Source: an uncultured Chloroflexia bacterium
GTDB lineage: Bacteria; Chloroflexota; Ktedonobacteria; Ktedonobacterales; Ktedonobacteraceae
Length of the DNA: 64,000 nt
NCBI GenBank assembly: GCA_963731415.1
Contig: CAVSVN010000010.1
Coordinates: 7,738 to 71,737, forward strand
Direction of reading: 5' to 3'
Shown here: positions 30,244-39,044 of the stretch, one piece after another
Layout of the letters: each line of letters begins with the position of its first letter
How positions within the stretch are numbered: the stretch's first letter is position 1
Translations under genes and position numbers: made by a program
Notes under the pieces: model-generated
Seen by the model: only the letters and a program-made list of their open reading frames with translations
The model's database searches: none
Told to the model about the DNA's origin: nothing

Positions 30244-31681
30244 TTAATTTGCTGGAAACTGAAGCTCCTTTCGTGGCCTTTCCCCTGACCTGGATGATTG
30301 ATAGTGTCCCATACGATGCTTTCGGTGTAATGCCGAGTCATAGAGCTGAGGCTCCGGTGGTATGGCTCCTGGTGCCAGATGTGAAAGCAGTTCCTGATCC
30401 TTTTTCAGGAGCGCATACACAACGGATGTCATTTGTCCAGCCAGTCGGCCAATCACTTTCTCCCGGCCAACCAGACGGCGCGTTCTCTCATCCACATGGC
30501 ATTTGCGTGCAATCAAGCGATCGTATACCTCTTTCCAATCAGGATCCCATTGGATTGCCCTCCATACAATTAAATACATCGTTTGTCTCATTTGACGGAC
30601 TCCACGTGGAGTGAGGCGGCTCCAGTCCAGGCTTGATCCTGATTGAGCTATTTTGGGAACCCATCCAAAGTACGATTTCAGTTGAGCAGGACGCTCAAAA
30701 TTGGCAATGGTGCCGATGGTCGCAATGAGCGCTGCAGCGGCCTGCAAGCCAATTCCTGGAATGGAGGTGAGAATCTTGCCTTCGCGCGAGTCCTCGACAA
30801 TCTGAACCATTTCTTGCTCTAGTTGCTCCAAATGCTCCCCCAGCAGTTTCAGTTCGACAATGAGCTGCTTCTGCTCGAAGACGAGACCTTTCACGCGAGC
30901 AGGATCCTTGATGCCAATACTTTGTCCAGCCAAGCGCTGCAACTCCAGCAATTTCGCATCAGAGACACTACACGTTCGCCCTCTGGCCTCGCGCATTTCG
31001 GCAAAGGTGGCCAGGGCGAGCTGGGCTGGAGTTGGAAACCGAGAACGCAAAGCGAGTGCTGTCGGCAAGGTTGGATTGCGCAAAAGGCGCGTAAACTCTG
31101 GAAACAATTCATCACAGATCGAGGTCAGCTTGTTTTTGCGTTGGGTACTCTCAACAACTAGTTCTGCATGATGGTGGACCATTCCACGCAGTTGTGCGGC
31201 AGCCTCAGTGGGAGGAGCGAGCCTGCGAACGGCCTGGAGAGGATCATCCATCTGAATGCCTTTCTCCAATTGATTGTAGAGCTGGTTCGCCAGGCCAAAC
31301 GCATCACGTTTGTCCGATTTGAGGAGTCCCTCTCGCCGCTTCTGAACGTGGATACATGTACACCGCAATATCGAGATCTTGAAGATATTGCATCAAGGTG
31401 CGATGATAGTGACCTGTAGCCTCGAGCAGAACCTGGATCTAGATCAGCGGCACATACGTCTGGATGCGGTCGATGAGTGAGCGGAATCCTTCTCGAGAAT
31501 TCTCGAAAGAGAACGCGGGACAATGCTCAAAACGCTGATGACGGGCGAGCAAGGTGGTGGCAAGAAAGCCGGCGACATGGGTTCGCTTGCCAATATCGAT
31601 TCCAACATACAGGGTTTCGTGAGCGAGCAGAGGCTTCTGCTCTCCGGTGCCATGAGATGAGGCTTTTCGTGGCATGAGCAA
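30244..31681 (-). pseudogene. IS110-family (DEDD) transposase, copy B, one frameshift near 31400
   Basis: The N-terminal YVGIDIGKRTHV (31439-31681) and the remainder KSDKRDA...IPGIGLQAAAALIATIG (30244-31368) are in different frames. Confidence 0.85.
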
Positions 31682-31945
31682 AGTCCGCCTTTCTCACATC
31701 CATGTGCGTCTCGCCCATCGCTTCCGTTCTTGCCATTCCCCTTACGGGGAGAGAAGCGCGATCCTGTGGGCATGCCTCTACCAACTTCGGACGAGAAGTA
31801 TGAGCCTTCAACCTCCTATCAGGTGTGCGAACACGCCCCCAAGTTTTTTTCAAGAGTCAAGCTCCAAAGCGTGGAAGGGTTCTGCAGGATCATTGCCAAC
31901 AGGAAGCTATCCCACTGTGCTTCCCATATTTAATGGTACATAAGT
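31682..31945 (-). ncRNA. Candidate IS110 bridge-RNA-encoding 5' non-coding end (copy B)
   Basis: It has the same conserved block as copy A (aagagtcaagctcca / aagggttctgc) around a different 8-nt variable segment (aagcgtgg). Confidence 0.3.
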
Positions 31946-31949
31946 TCTA

Positions 31950-32873
31950 ATGAAAAATCAAGGTATTTGGAGATCTTCTGTCCGAAGCGCTCGCCATCTT
32001 TTCGAAACCAGAGCGATGACGTATCAATTCATTGCGGATACTCAGTCAGAGTATCCGGTCTCGCGGCTCTGTGGCGTTCTCGGCGTTTCTACAAGTGGAT
32101 ACTACGCCTGGAAACAGTGCCCGCAGAGCCACCATGCACGAGAAGATGGCCATCTCAAGCATGCCATTGCAGAGGTGTACATAGCGAGCAAAGAGCGCTA
32201 TGGAAGCCCGCGCGTTCATGCAGAACTGCGTGAGCACGGCTATCGGTGCTCACGCAAGCGGATTGCTCGGCTGATGAGAGAAGAAGGGCTGTGTGCACGC
32301 AACAAACGCCACCGTATTCACACGACCCGACAAGATCCATCGCATCAGAAAGTGGAGAATGTCCTGGATCAACACTTTGAGGCAACCGCTCCCAATCAAA
32401 AGTGGGTCGCGGATGTCACCGTGTTCAGGACGCAAGAAGGCCCATTGTTTCTGGCTGGAGTTCTTGATCTGTTTTCACGGTTTTTGGTGGGCTGGGCTCT
32501 GGCTCCCGTCCAAGATGAGACACTCGTCGAGAATGCGCTTCAGATGGCCCTGCATCGTCGCCATCCATCGAGCGGCCTGTTACATCATTCTGACCGTGGA
32601 TCACAATATACCAGCTCACGGTATCAGAGGATTCTGGCACAATCGGGAATGATCGTGAGCATGAGCAGAACTGGGAATTGCTATGATAATGCCGCGATGG
32701 AGTCGTTCTGGAGCACGCTCAAGTGGGAATGTATCTCTCGTGCCACCTTTCTCACACAGACTCTGGCGCGATCGACCGTCTTCGAATATGTCGAAGTGTT
32801 TTACAATCGTCAACGTCGTCATTCTTCTTTGGGGTATCTGAGCCCTTCACAGTATGAGGAATTGATGACCTAA
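31950..32873 (+). CDS. IS3-family transposase OrfB (DDE integrase core)
   Basis: WVADVT..., HSDRGSQYTS and NCYDNAAMESFWSTLK motifs. Confidence 0.9.
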   Translation: MKNQGIWRSSVRSARHLFETRAMTYQFIADTQSEYPVSRLCGVLGVSTSGYYAWKQCPQSHHAREDGHLKHAIAEVYIASKERYGSPRVHAELREHGYRCSRKRIARLMREEGLCARNKRHRIHTTRQDPSHQKVENVLDQHFEATAPNQKWVADVTVFRTQEGPLFLAGVLDLFSRFLVGWALAPVQDETLVENALQMALHRRHPSSGLLHHSDRGSQYTSSRYQRILAQSGMIVSMSRTGNCYDNAAMESFWSTLKWECISRATFLTQTLARSTVFEYVEVFYNRQRRHSSLGYLSPSQYEELMT

Positions 32874-32957
32874 CCACCCATTTGTTCTCTCCAGGAAAGC
32901 GGGGCAAGCACAGTCAGTTAGCCTTACAAATACAAGAGTTAGAAGGGACAAACACAA

Positions 32958-34234
32958 ATGGTAGCGATGGAGAACAACCAGTCCAAGCCCAAGAGAAAAC
33001 GCCTAAATAAAGAAAACATCATGATATCGATGCAGAAGCCGCAATCTATGCAGCCGCTTCCTGAAATGCCATTGGATTCTAACATTGCTCTTTATGGAAG
33101 ACAATCATCTCTATTCCAGGTGCAAAACCGTACTGCATCGTATGATTATCAGATTGAGGAGCAGAAAAAACACATCCTTGCATATGGTTGGAAAGAGCAT
33201 CAGATCATTGAATACTTTCAAGATTTTGCGGTATCTGGAACGCTAGGAATAGGGGAGCGCATAGGTATTACACAACTCACAGAAGATATTATAGCCGAAG
33301 TGGTTAAAGCAGTTTATGTCTTCTTAGAAGATCGATTGTTCAGAGACAGATATCTAGAAAACGTTGTGAAGTTCGCTCGTATCTGTGATGAACACCATAT
33401 CATCATTATTACAGATTACAGGCGCTATTACATATGGATTGAATACAATAGAGAAGCGTTTATAGAAGCCTGTAAGCAAGCCTGGAAAGCGTTTGATACC
33501 CAAATCAACAAGAGAATGCTTCCTATGCGTGTTCATAAATCGGATCAAGGAATGTATGATTCTTCGCGCTGTCAACATCGGCTATACCTCTGATAGAGGA
33601 GATAAACATAGTCTAACCTACAAAAAATATGTTCCCGAAGAGGGACAGATTGAAAGCGTAAATAACCTGTTCCATAAGTTAATTGCTTATGGTGGCAACT
33701 TGGTGGCGTTATCTCATGAGTTAGAGGATGCCCCAGGCTATCATTTCCCTAGCTACAAAGACCCTCTGTCTCACTCAAAATGTACACTGACACATGTATC
33801 AGGAGGCTATCGTATTCATTCTATAGCTACGTTAGAGCGTATTTTACGCAATCGCGTTTACATAGGTGACTGGGTAACGGGTGACAAAGTATACCCGAAT
33901 AACCATGTTGCTATTGTTGATAGGGATGTTTGGAACTTAACACAAACCCTGATGGATAAACGCAAACAGGAAAAGCGATCTATCCCACGTGAAAAAAGTA
34001 TAGATTGTGTATTGCGTGGTCTACTTATTAAGAAATTTAAAGGTCAAAAGATTATTATCCTTAAAAAAAGATGACATGGTAAAATTGCAGTATAAAAAGC
34101 ATGAAAATTCGATGACATATAATAAAGGCAAAACATTCCCCCTTGATGTTCTTGTTGCTCTCTTCAAAGAGACGTTTTTAGAGAAGCTAAAGGATGAGGA
34201 GCAGTGTAAAGAATACGCGAAGGCTATTGATTGA
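32958..34234 (+). pseudogene. Large serine recombinase, frameshifted and probably C-terminally truncated
   Basis: Resolvase catalytic region IALYGRQSSLFQ in frame 1, and recombinase domain (LERILRNRVYIGDW) in frame 2 from about 33590. The segment is AT-rich. Confidence 0.7.
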
Positions 34235-34463
34235 GTAGCTTTTTGCCATCCTGAAGCGCTACTCAGTCGGGTCTCTCTACTGGAACGTTTTTCAGATGAA
34301 AAGGGATTACTCTCTCTCGTGAAAATATTCTGCCGAGATAGGACTGTTGGTTTATGGTGAGGCTGTGTGCTATAATATCTGAGTGAATAGGTCGGAATTA
34401 GTTCTTTTATCTCAATAGATCAATTTAACAAGAAGGAGCGCGACATAAGGAGGATTATTTCCC

Positions 34464-35522
34464 ATGTCGTGCGTGAGGATAGGAAATATGGCGGAAACGA
34501 TAACTGCCGATATGGTTATTCATGATGTTGTCACGAAATATCCTGCAACGGTCAAAGTCTTCCATGGTCATGGTCTGCCCTGCACAGCCTGTGCGGTTGG
34601 AGCACGAGAGAGTGTAGCTGGAGGTGCTCGTACGCATCGCTTTACCCCGGAGAAGCTCGATCTGTTGGTAAAAGATTTGAATGCCTCCATTAATGGTGGG
34701 TCCATCTCGGTTGCTCCTAAAAAGGCTCCTGTTGGGCGCGGTATCCCATTAACTATGGTTCCTGGCGGGGAAGATCGCAAGATCAAGCAAGTCATCGCCA
34801 TTATGAGCGGTAAGGGTGGAGTGGGAAAATCGCTGGTCACAGGTCTTCTGGCTGTTTCGTTGCGTCGCCAGGGATTGCGTGTGGGTATTCTGGATGGTGA
34901 TATCACTGGCCCCAGCATCGCTCGTATGTTTGGTACACATGGGCAGCCGACGAAGTCTGCCACTGGTGGCATTGATCCTTTGACTAGCAAGGGTGGTATC
35001 AAGGTGATGTCCATGAACATGTTTCTGGAGAAGGAGAGCGATCCTGTCGTGTGGCGTGGTCCAATGGTCTCCAGTGCAATCAAGCAGTTCTATAGCGATG
35101 TTGATTGGGGTCAGCTGGACTATCTGCTCGTAGATCTGCCTCCTGGTACATCCGATGCTCCTATGACCGTCTTACAATCACTGCCAGTTGATGGTATCGT
35201 GATCGTCTCTTCTCCACAGATGCTTGCTACTATGATTGTGATGAAATGTATCAACATGGTGCGCCAGCTCAAAGGCGTAATCGTTGGTGTGGTCGAGAAT
35301 ATGGGATACTTTGAGACGCCCAACGGTGAACGCTATGAAATCTTCGGTCCCAGCAATGGTACAGAACTGGTCTCTATGACAGGAGCTCCTTTGCTTGGTC
35401 AACTCCCTATTGATCCGAACCTGGCAATGCTCTGTGATGCTGGCCGTGTTGAAGAATATTATGCAGAAGCATACGAGGCGATGGCCTCTAATTTCGTCAG
35501 CACATTAAAGATCAAGCGCTAG
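34464..35522 (+). CDS. Mrp/NBP35/ApbC-family Fe-S cluster carrier ATPase with N-terminal DUF1858-like domain
   Basis: Deviant Walker A SGKGGVGKS of the ParA/Mrp type. The N-terminus reads MVIHDVVTKYPATVKVFHGHGLPCTAC. AAGGAGG lies 10 nt before the ATG. Confidence 0.85.
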   Translation: MSCVRIGNMAETITADMVIHDVVTKYPATVKVFHGHGLPCTACAVGARESVAGGARTHRFTPEKLDLLVKDLNASINGGSISVAPKKAPVGRGIPLTMVPGGEDRKIKQVIAIMSGKGGVGKSLVTGLLAVSLRRQGLRVGILDGDITGPSIARMFGTHGQPTKSATGGIDPLTSKGGIKVMSMNMFLEKESDPVVWRGPMVSSAIKQFYSDVDWGQLDYLLVDLPPGTSDAPMTVLQSLPVDGIVIVSSPQMLATMIVMKCINMVRQLKGVIVGVVENMGYFETPNGERYEIFGPSNGTELVSMTGAPLLGQLPIDPNLAMLCDAGRVEEYYAEAYEAMASNFVSTLKIKR

Positions 35523-35559
35523 CTTTTGAGAAACTATCCCGATATACATCGCGCATTTT

Positions 35560-35654
35560 CCTGGGTAGGGGCGTCACCTTGCGTGCGCCCCGGTTCCCAC
35601 TCAAAGCGTGTTGTGGGGTGGCAGGGCGCACGCAAGGTGACGCCCCTACCCAGG
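35560..35654. repeat. Perfect 31-bp-stem hairpin (palindromic element)
   Basis: cctgggtaggggcgtcaccttgcgtgcgccc (35560-35590) and its exact reverse complement (35624-35654), with a 33-nt loop. Confidence 0.95.
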
Positions 35655-35818
35655 GACGCAATGACGTTTTTGAACCCATAGAAACAGGCTCCGCAAGCCG
35701 TTTTACATCCTGTACGTAAAATCCATCACTATTCTATTTTTCTGAAGCACCTAAGGATAGGGTAGATTTACCTGTTGATCCAGGAAATAGATGCATCGTG
35801 TCTCTTGGGAAGGAATAT

Positions 35819-36745
35819 ATGCCAGAACTACCAGAGGTAGAATATACAGCACGCCAGTTGCGAGCGAGCATTGTTGGAGCTACAATCAGCCAGGTCCATG
35901 TTTTCTGGGAACGTACCGTGGGCCATCCAGATCTCCCCTCTTTTCTGTTGCAGATGAGCGAACGGTGTATTGAAGGTGTACGTCGGCGTGGCAAATTCCT
36001 GTTGCTCGATCTGAGTGGCGACCTTTTTCTTTCTATCCATCGACGTATGACCGGAAACTTTCTCTTGCTCCCTCCTGGTTGGCAGATTGATACACGCTTG
36101 CAGGTAAGTGATACCGCTGCCTGGAATACCCGTGGTCCTTCCTTTATGCCAGAGAACGGCATTGAAAATTCATATAGTCGAGAAACAGATTATTGTCGTA
36201 TCTGCTTTGACCTGGCCGATGGGCGTCGTCTCCTTTTTACCGATCCACGCAAATTTGGCCGTATTGAATTGTGGCCTTGTGAGCGTGAGGCAGAAGCGTT
36301 ACGTGATCTGGGGCCAGAGCCATTTAGTTCTGAATTTACTGTGGTACATCTGGTGGGTGAGCTTACGCGGCGTAGAACAGGAATCAAACAAGCATTGCTC
36401 GATCAAACGGTTGTGGCTGGTATAGGGAACATCTATGCTGACGAGGCGCTCTTTTATGCGCATATTCACCCCTTACGACGTAGTGACTCGCTTACATTAG
36501 CCGAGGTCAGTTTATTGCACGAAGGCATTATCTCGGTACTTGCATCAGGCATTGAGCATGGAGGAACCTCTTTCAATGATTACCGCGATCTCTGGGGAGA
36601 GGCTGGCGACAATTATACTCATGTACATGTATATAAGCAGTCTGGCAAACCTTGCCTGCGTTGTGGCACACTTATCGAACGTATGGTGATTGCGCAACGC
36701 AGCGCCCATTTTTGCCCTGGCTGTCAAACGCTTATTGAGGTGTGA
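35819..36745 (+). CDS. mutM: Formamidopyrimidine-DNA glycosylase
   Basis: N-terminal MPELPEVE (catalytic Pro2), the H2TH region and a C-terminal zinc finger CLRCGTLIERMVIAQRSAHFCPGCQ. Confidence 0.85.
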   Translation: MPELPEVEYTARQLRASIVGATISQVHVFWERTVGHPDLPSFLLQMSERCIEGVRRRGKFLLLDLSGDLFLSIHRRMTGNFLLLPPGWQIDTRLQVSDTAAWNTRGPSFMPENGIENSYSRETDYCRICFDLADGRRLLFTDPRKFGRIELWPCEREAEALRDLGPEPFSSEFTVVHLVGELTRRRTGIKQALLDQTVVAGIGNIYADEALFYAHIHPLRRSDSLTLAEVSLLHEGIISVLASGIEHGGTSFNDYRDLWGEAGDNYTHVHVYKQSGKPCLRCGTLIERMVIAQRSAHFCPGCQTLIEV

Positions 36746-37199
36746 AAAAGGCCTGTGAACATTGTACGGTTGTTCCTGCGAGAGTGAATGAGACACTGAT
36801 GGTCGCTGGAATGCCTACTGGTTCTCGTCCCTCTAACGGGAGCGTGAAGCTTACCATACCACCTTGATCACTGGTTGGCTGTGTGTCAAGTGTCACATCA
36901 CCTCCTGCAAAATGAACTGTTGCAGCTGCGACTGCCCCTCCAACACCTTTTATATTTTTTGTTAACTTCGCCAGTACCAAAATCGTACTGAAGCTGTTGG
37001 GTGCGTTATTTGATGTCCATGCTCCACAACGATAAGGCGGAACCGTTGGAAGTGGAGTCGCCTGCGTTTGAAATGTCTTCCCGATACTCACTGTCTGTTG
37101 CGGTTTGACCTGGTTGACCGTTGGCCCACACGCTGTAGCAAGCAAAAGTAGAGAAAGTATGGCTATTATACATCCTGGTAAGGGATGAAATGTTTTCAT
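36732..37199 (-). CDS. Putative lipoprotein, function unknown
   Basis: MKTFHPLPGCIIAILSLLLLATAC signal peptide with lipobox, then a beta-rich mature domain. Confidence 0.6.
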   Translation of the reverse strand: MKTFHPLPGCIIAILSLLLLATACGPTVNQVKPQQTVSIGKTFQTQATPLPTVPPYRCGAWTSNNAPNSFSTILVLAKLTKNIKGVGGAVAAATVHFAGGDVTLDTQPTSDQGGMVSFTLPLEGREPVGIPATISVSFTLAGTTVQCSQAFFTPQ

Positions 37200-37678
37200 G
37201 AAAAACCACCTCCTGCAATAGCTTTTCCTCATATTTTACCTTTTTTAAAAAAATGGATAGTACTTTCAGGAAAAAGATCCTATCTCTCCCACCGTTCTCA
37301 CCCAAAAGGACGCAGGATCAGGAAAATAGCTCTCTTGATTATTACTATTCTTTCATCTTTCTCGTAACCCCTTGTTTGATACGGTGCGATCGTGTATAAT
37401 GGGCATTGTGATAGTAAAAGTATGTTTCTCGCTGCTACATAAGATGAAAGGAATTGATGTAAATCTTGTGCTATCCATAGAAAAGAGTAGTTGTGTATGA
37501 GGTGATAATGAACGTGTTGAATCGATGGGTGCGCATGCATCCCGTTCTCTTTCTGAAGGGGAAGCGACTAGTGGTAGCGGAACGTATCTTGCCGATGGCT
37601 TGCTGACAGGGTAAGGATTGTGCTAAACTGGAAGGGTTACGGGATTTCCAGTTTATCAAGAGATAACCTCTGAAAGGC

Positions 37679-38563
37679 GTGTGTTTTGTGAATCATGAGG
37701 AAAATGGGCAATTAGAACTGTTACATCAATTGCTTAGCAACGGACAATTTGGATATACGGATAAAGAAACTTTGCAGCAGAAACATGCTGCTGAGCAAGA
37801 GGATGAAACGGAACGTTCGTCCAGCTTTCAGCAAGAGGCACAGGACACAACACCTGATCGTTCGTCATCTAGAGTTGAGACTCGTCCTGATAGTGGACGT
37901 GAGCAACGAAAAGGTGCGCCAGAGGTCATTTTTGGTGAAACGAAGGAAACCTCGCAGATCATCGCAATGGCACAGGGATTGTTAGTTGGAACAGGACGGG
38001 CGATCATTAGTCGCATACCTTCTGTATCTATTGCCCCTGTTCAAGAGGCGTTTCATACCTATACTATTCGTATGCGGAATGCTGCTCGTGCGATGGTCAT
38101 TTACAGACCAGAGTATGTGCCTAGAAGCACAGGGGGGCATATTGGAGTGATCAGTGCTGGTACTTCTGACATTCCAATGGCCGAAGAGGCAGCTCTTATC
38201 GCTGAAGAGATGGGTTGCCGGGTAACGTGCATCTATGATGTGGGCGTTGCCGGATTGCACCGCTTAATGGTTCCATTGAGTGATCTCCTCACTGATGGAG
38301 TTGACGCGATAATTGTTGCTGCCGGAATGGATGGAGCTTTACCTTCAGTCGTAGCAGGGCTGGTTCCTGTTCCTGTTATCGGGTTACCAACGTCAATTGG
38401 TTATGGATTAGGTGGTAAAGGTGTTGCTGCATTGCTTTCGATGTTGCAAACGTGTGCGCCAGGTCTTTCTGTGGTGAATATTGATAATGGCGTTGGTGCA
38501 GGTATCACGGCTGCACTGATTGCTAATCGAGTGGCGCAGGCGCGTGGACATCAGTCGCAGTAG
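37679..38563 (+). CDS. larB: Nickel-pincer cofactor biosynthesis protein LarB (PurE-like carboxylase/hydrolase)
   Basis: GAPEVIFGETKE, GVISAGTSDIPMAEEA and GLPTSIGYG...VVNIDNGVGAG are motifs characteristic of LarB/CpmA proteins. Confidence 0.8.
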   Translation: MCFVNHEENGQLELLHQLLSNGQFGYTDKETLQQKHAAEQEDETERSSSFQQEAQDTTPDRSSSRVETRPDSGREQRKGAPEVIFGETKETSQIIAMAQGLLVGTGRAIISRIPSVSIAPVQEAFHTYTIRMRNAARAMVIYRPEYVPRSTGGHIGVISAGTSDIPMAEEAALIAEEMGCRVTCIYDVGVAGLHRLMVPLSDLLTDGVDAIIVAAGMDGALPSVVAGLVPVPVIGLPTSIGYGLGGKGVAALLSMLQTCAPGLSVVNIDNGVGAGITAALIANRVAQARGHQSQ

Positions 38564-38658
38564 GGAAGCAGCGAGATGTTCTGATTAGAATGTCTCACCG
38601 CTTTGTTGTATGTTGGGTACAGGTGGGTGTACGAAGTTTAAGAGAGGCGGGACTTTCT

Positions 38659-38931
38659 ATGGCAAACAATAAACGAGGACCAGAACCAGGATCACAAAAA
38701 GCGAAGCATGGCGGCCAGGCGGTACGAGAGAAGTATGGCCCAGAATTCTATTCTAAAATCGGTAAGAAGGGTGGTGAAACGGTAAAAGAGAAACGTGGGC
38801 CACAATTCTACGCCGAAATAGGCAAAAAGGGCGGCGAATCGACGAAACGTCAGCAGGGCTCCGAGTTTTACTCGAAGATTGGGAGAAAAGGTGGTGAGCG
38901 TGGGCGCACTGCCCTTGAACCGAAAGAGTAG
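38659..38931 (+). CDS. KGG-repeat general stress protein (GsiB-like)
   Basis: Four tandem units of about 22 aa of the form (G)PEFYSKIGKKGGE. Confidence 0.8.
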   Translation: MANNKRGPEPGSQKAKHGGQAVREKYGPEFYSKIGKKGGETVKEKRGPQFYAEIGKKGGESTKRQQGSEFYSKIGRKGGERGRTALEPKE

Positions 38932-38950
38932 TAGGTAGAATAGTAGAGAA

Positions 38951-38985
38951 CAGGGCAATAGCTTTCAAGCATTGCCCTGTTTTTC
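38951..38985 (+). terminator. Rho-independent terminator
   Basis: Stem cagggcaat/attgccctg followed by TTTTT, 20 nt after the stop. Confidence 0.65.
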
Positions 38986-38987
38986 CC

Positions 38988-39014
38988 TTGTAGGGGCCAG
39001 ATTGATCGCGCCCA
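38988..39014. repeat. Short dispersed repeat, copy 1 (GTAGGGGCCAGAT..ATCGCGCCCA)
   Basis: ttgtaggggccagattgatcgcgccca. It matches 42281-42307 at 25 of 27 positions. Confidence 0.8.
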
Positions 39015-39044
39015 GCGGTAAGTTCAGACGACAATCAACAATAA

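Larger units (their letters stand above)
30227..31945 (-). mobile_element. IS110-family element, copy B (boundaries approximate)
   Basis: Transposase plus about 265-nt 5' non-coding end, inserted between the IS3 orfA body and its C-terminal codons. Confidence 0.75.
29885..32916 (+). mobile_element. IS3-family insertion sequence, disrupted by a nested IS110 copy
   Basis: Inverted repeats tg(c)agtgtgcttgacccgctttcctggag (left) and tgactgtgcttgccccgctttcctggag (right, reverse complement). orfA and orfB are separated by 1.7 kb of IS110 sequence. Confidence 0.85.
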
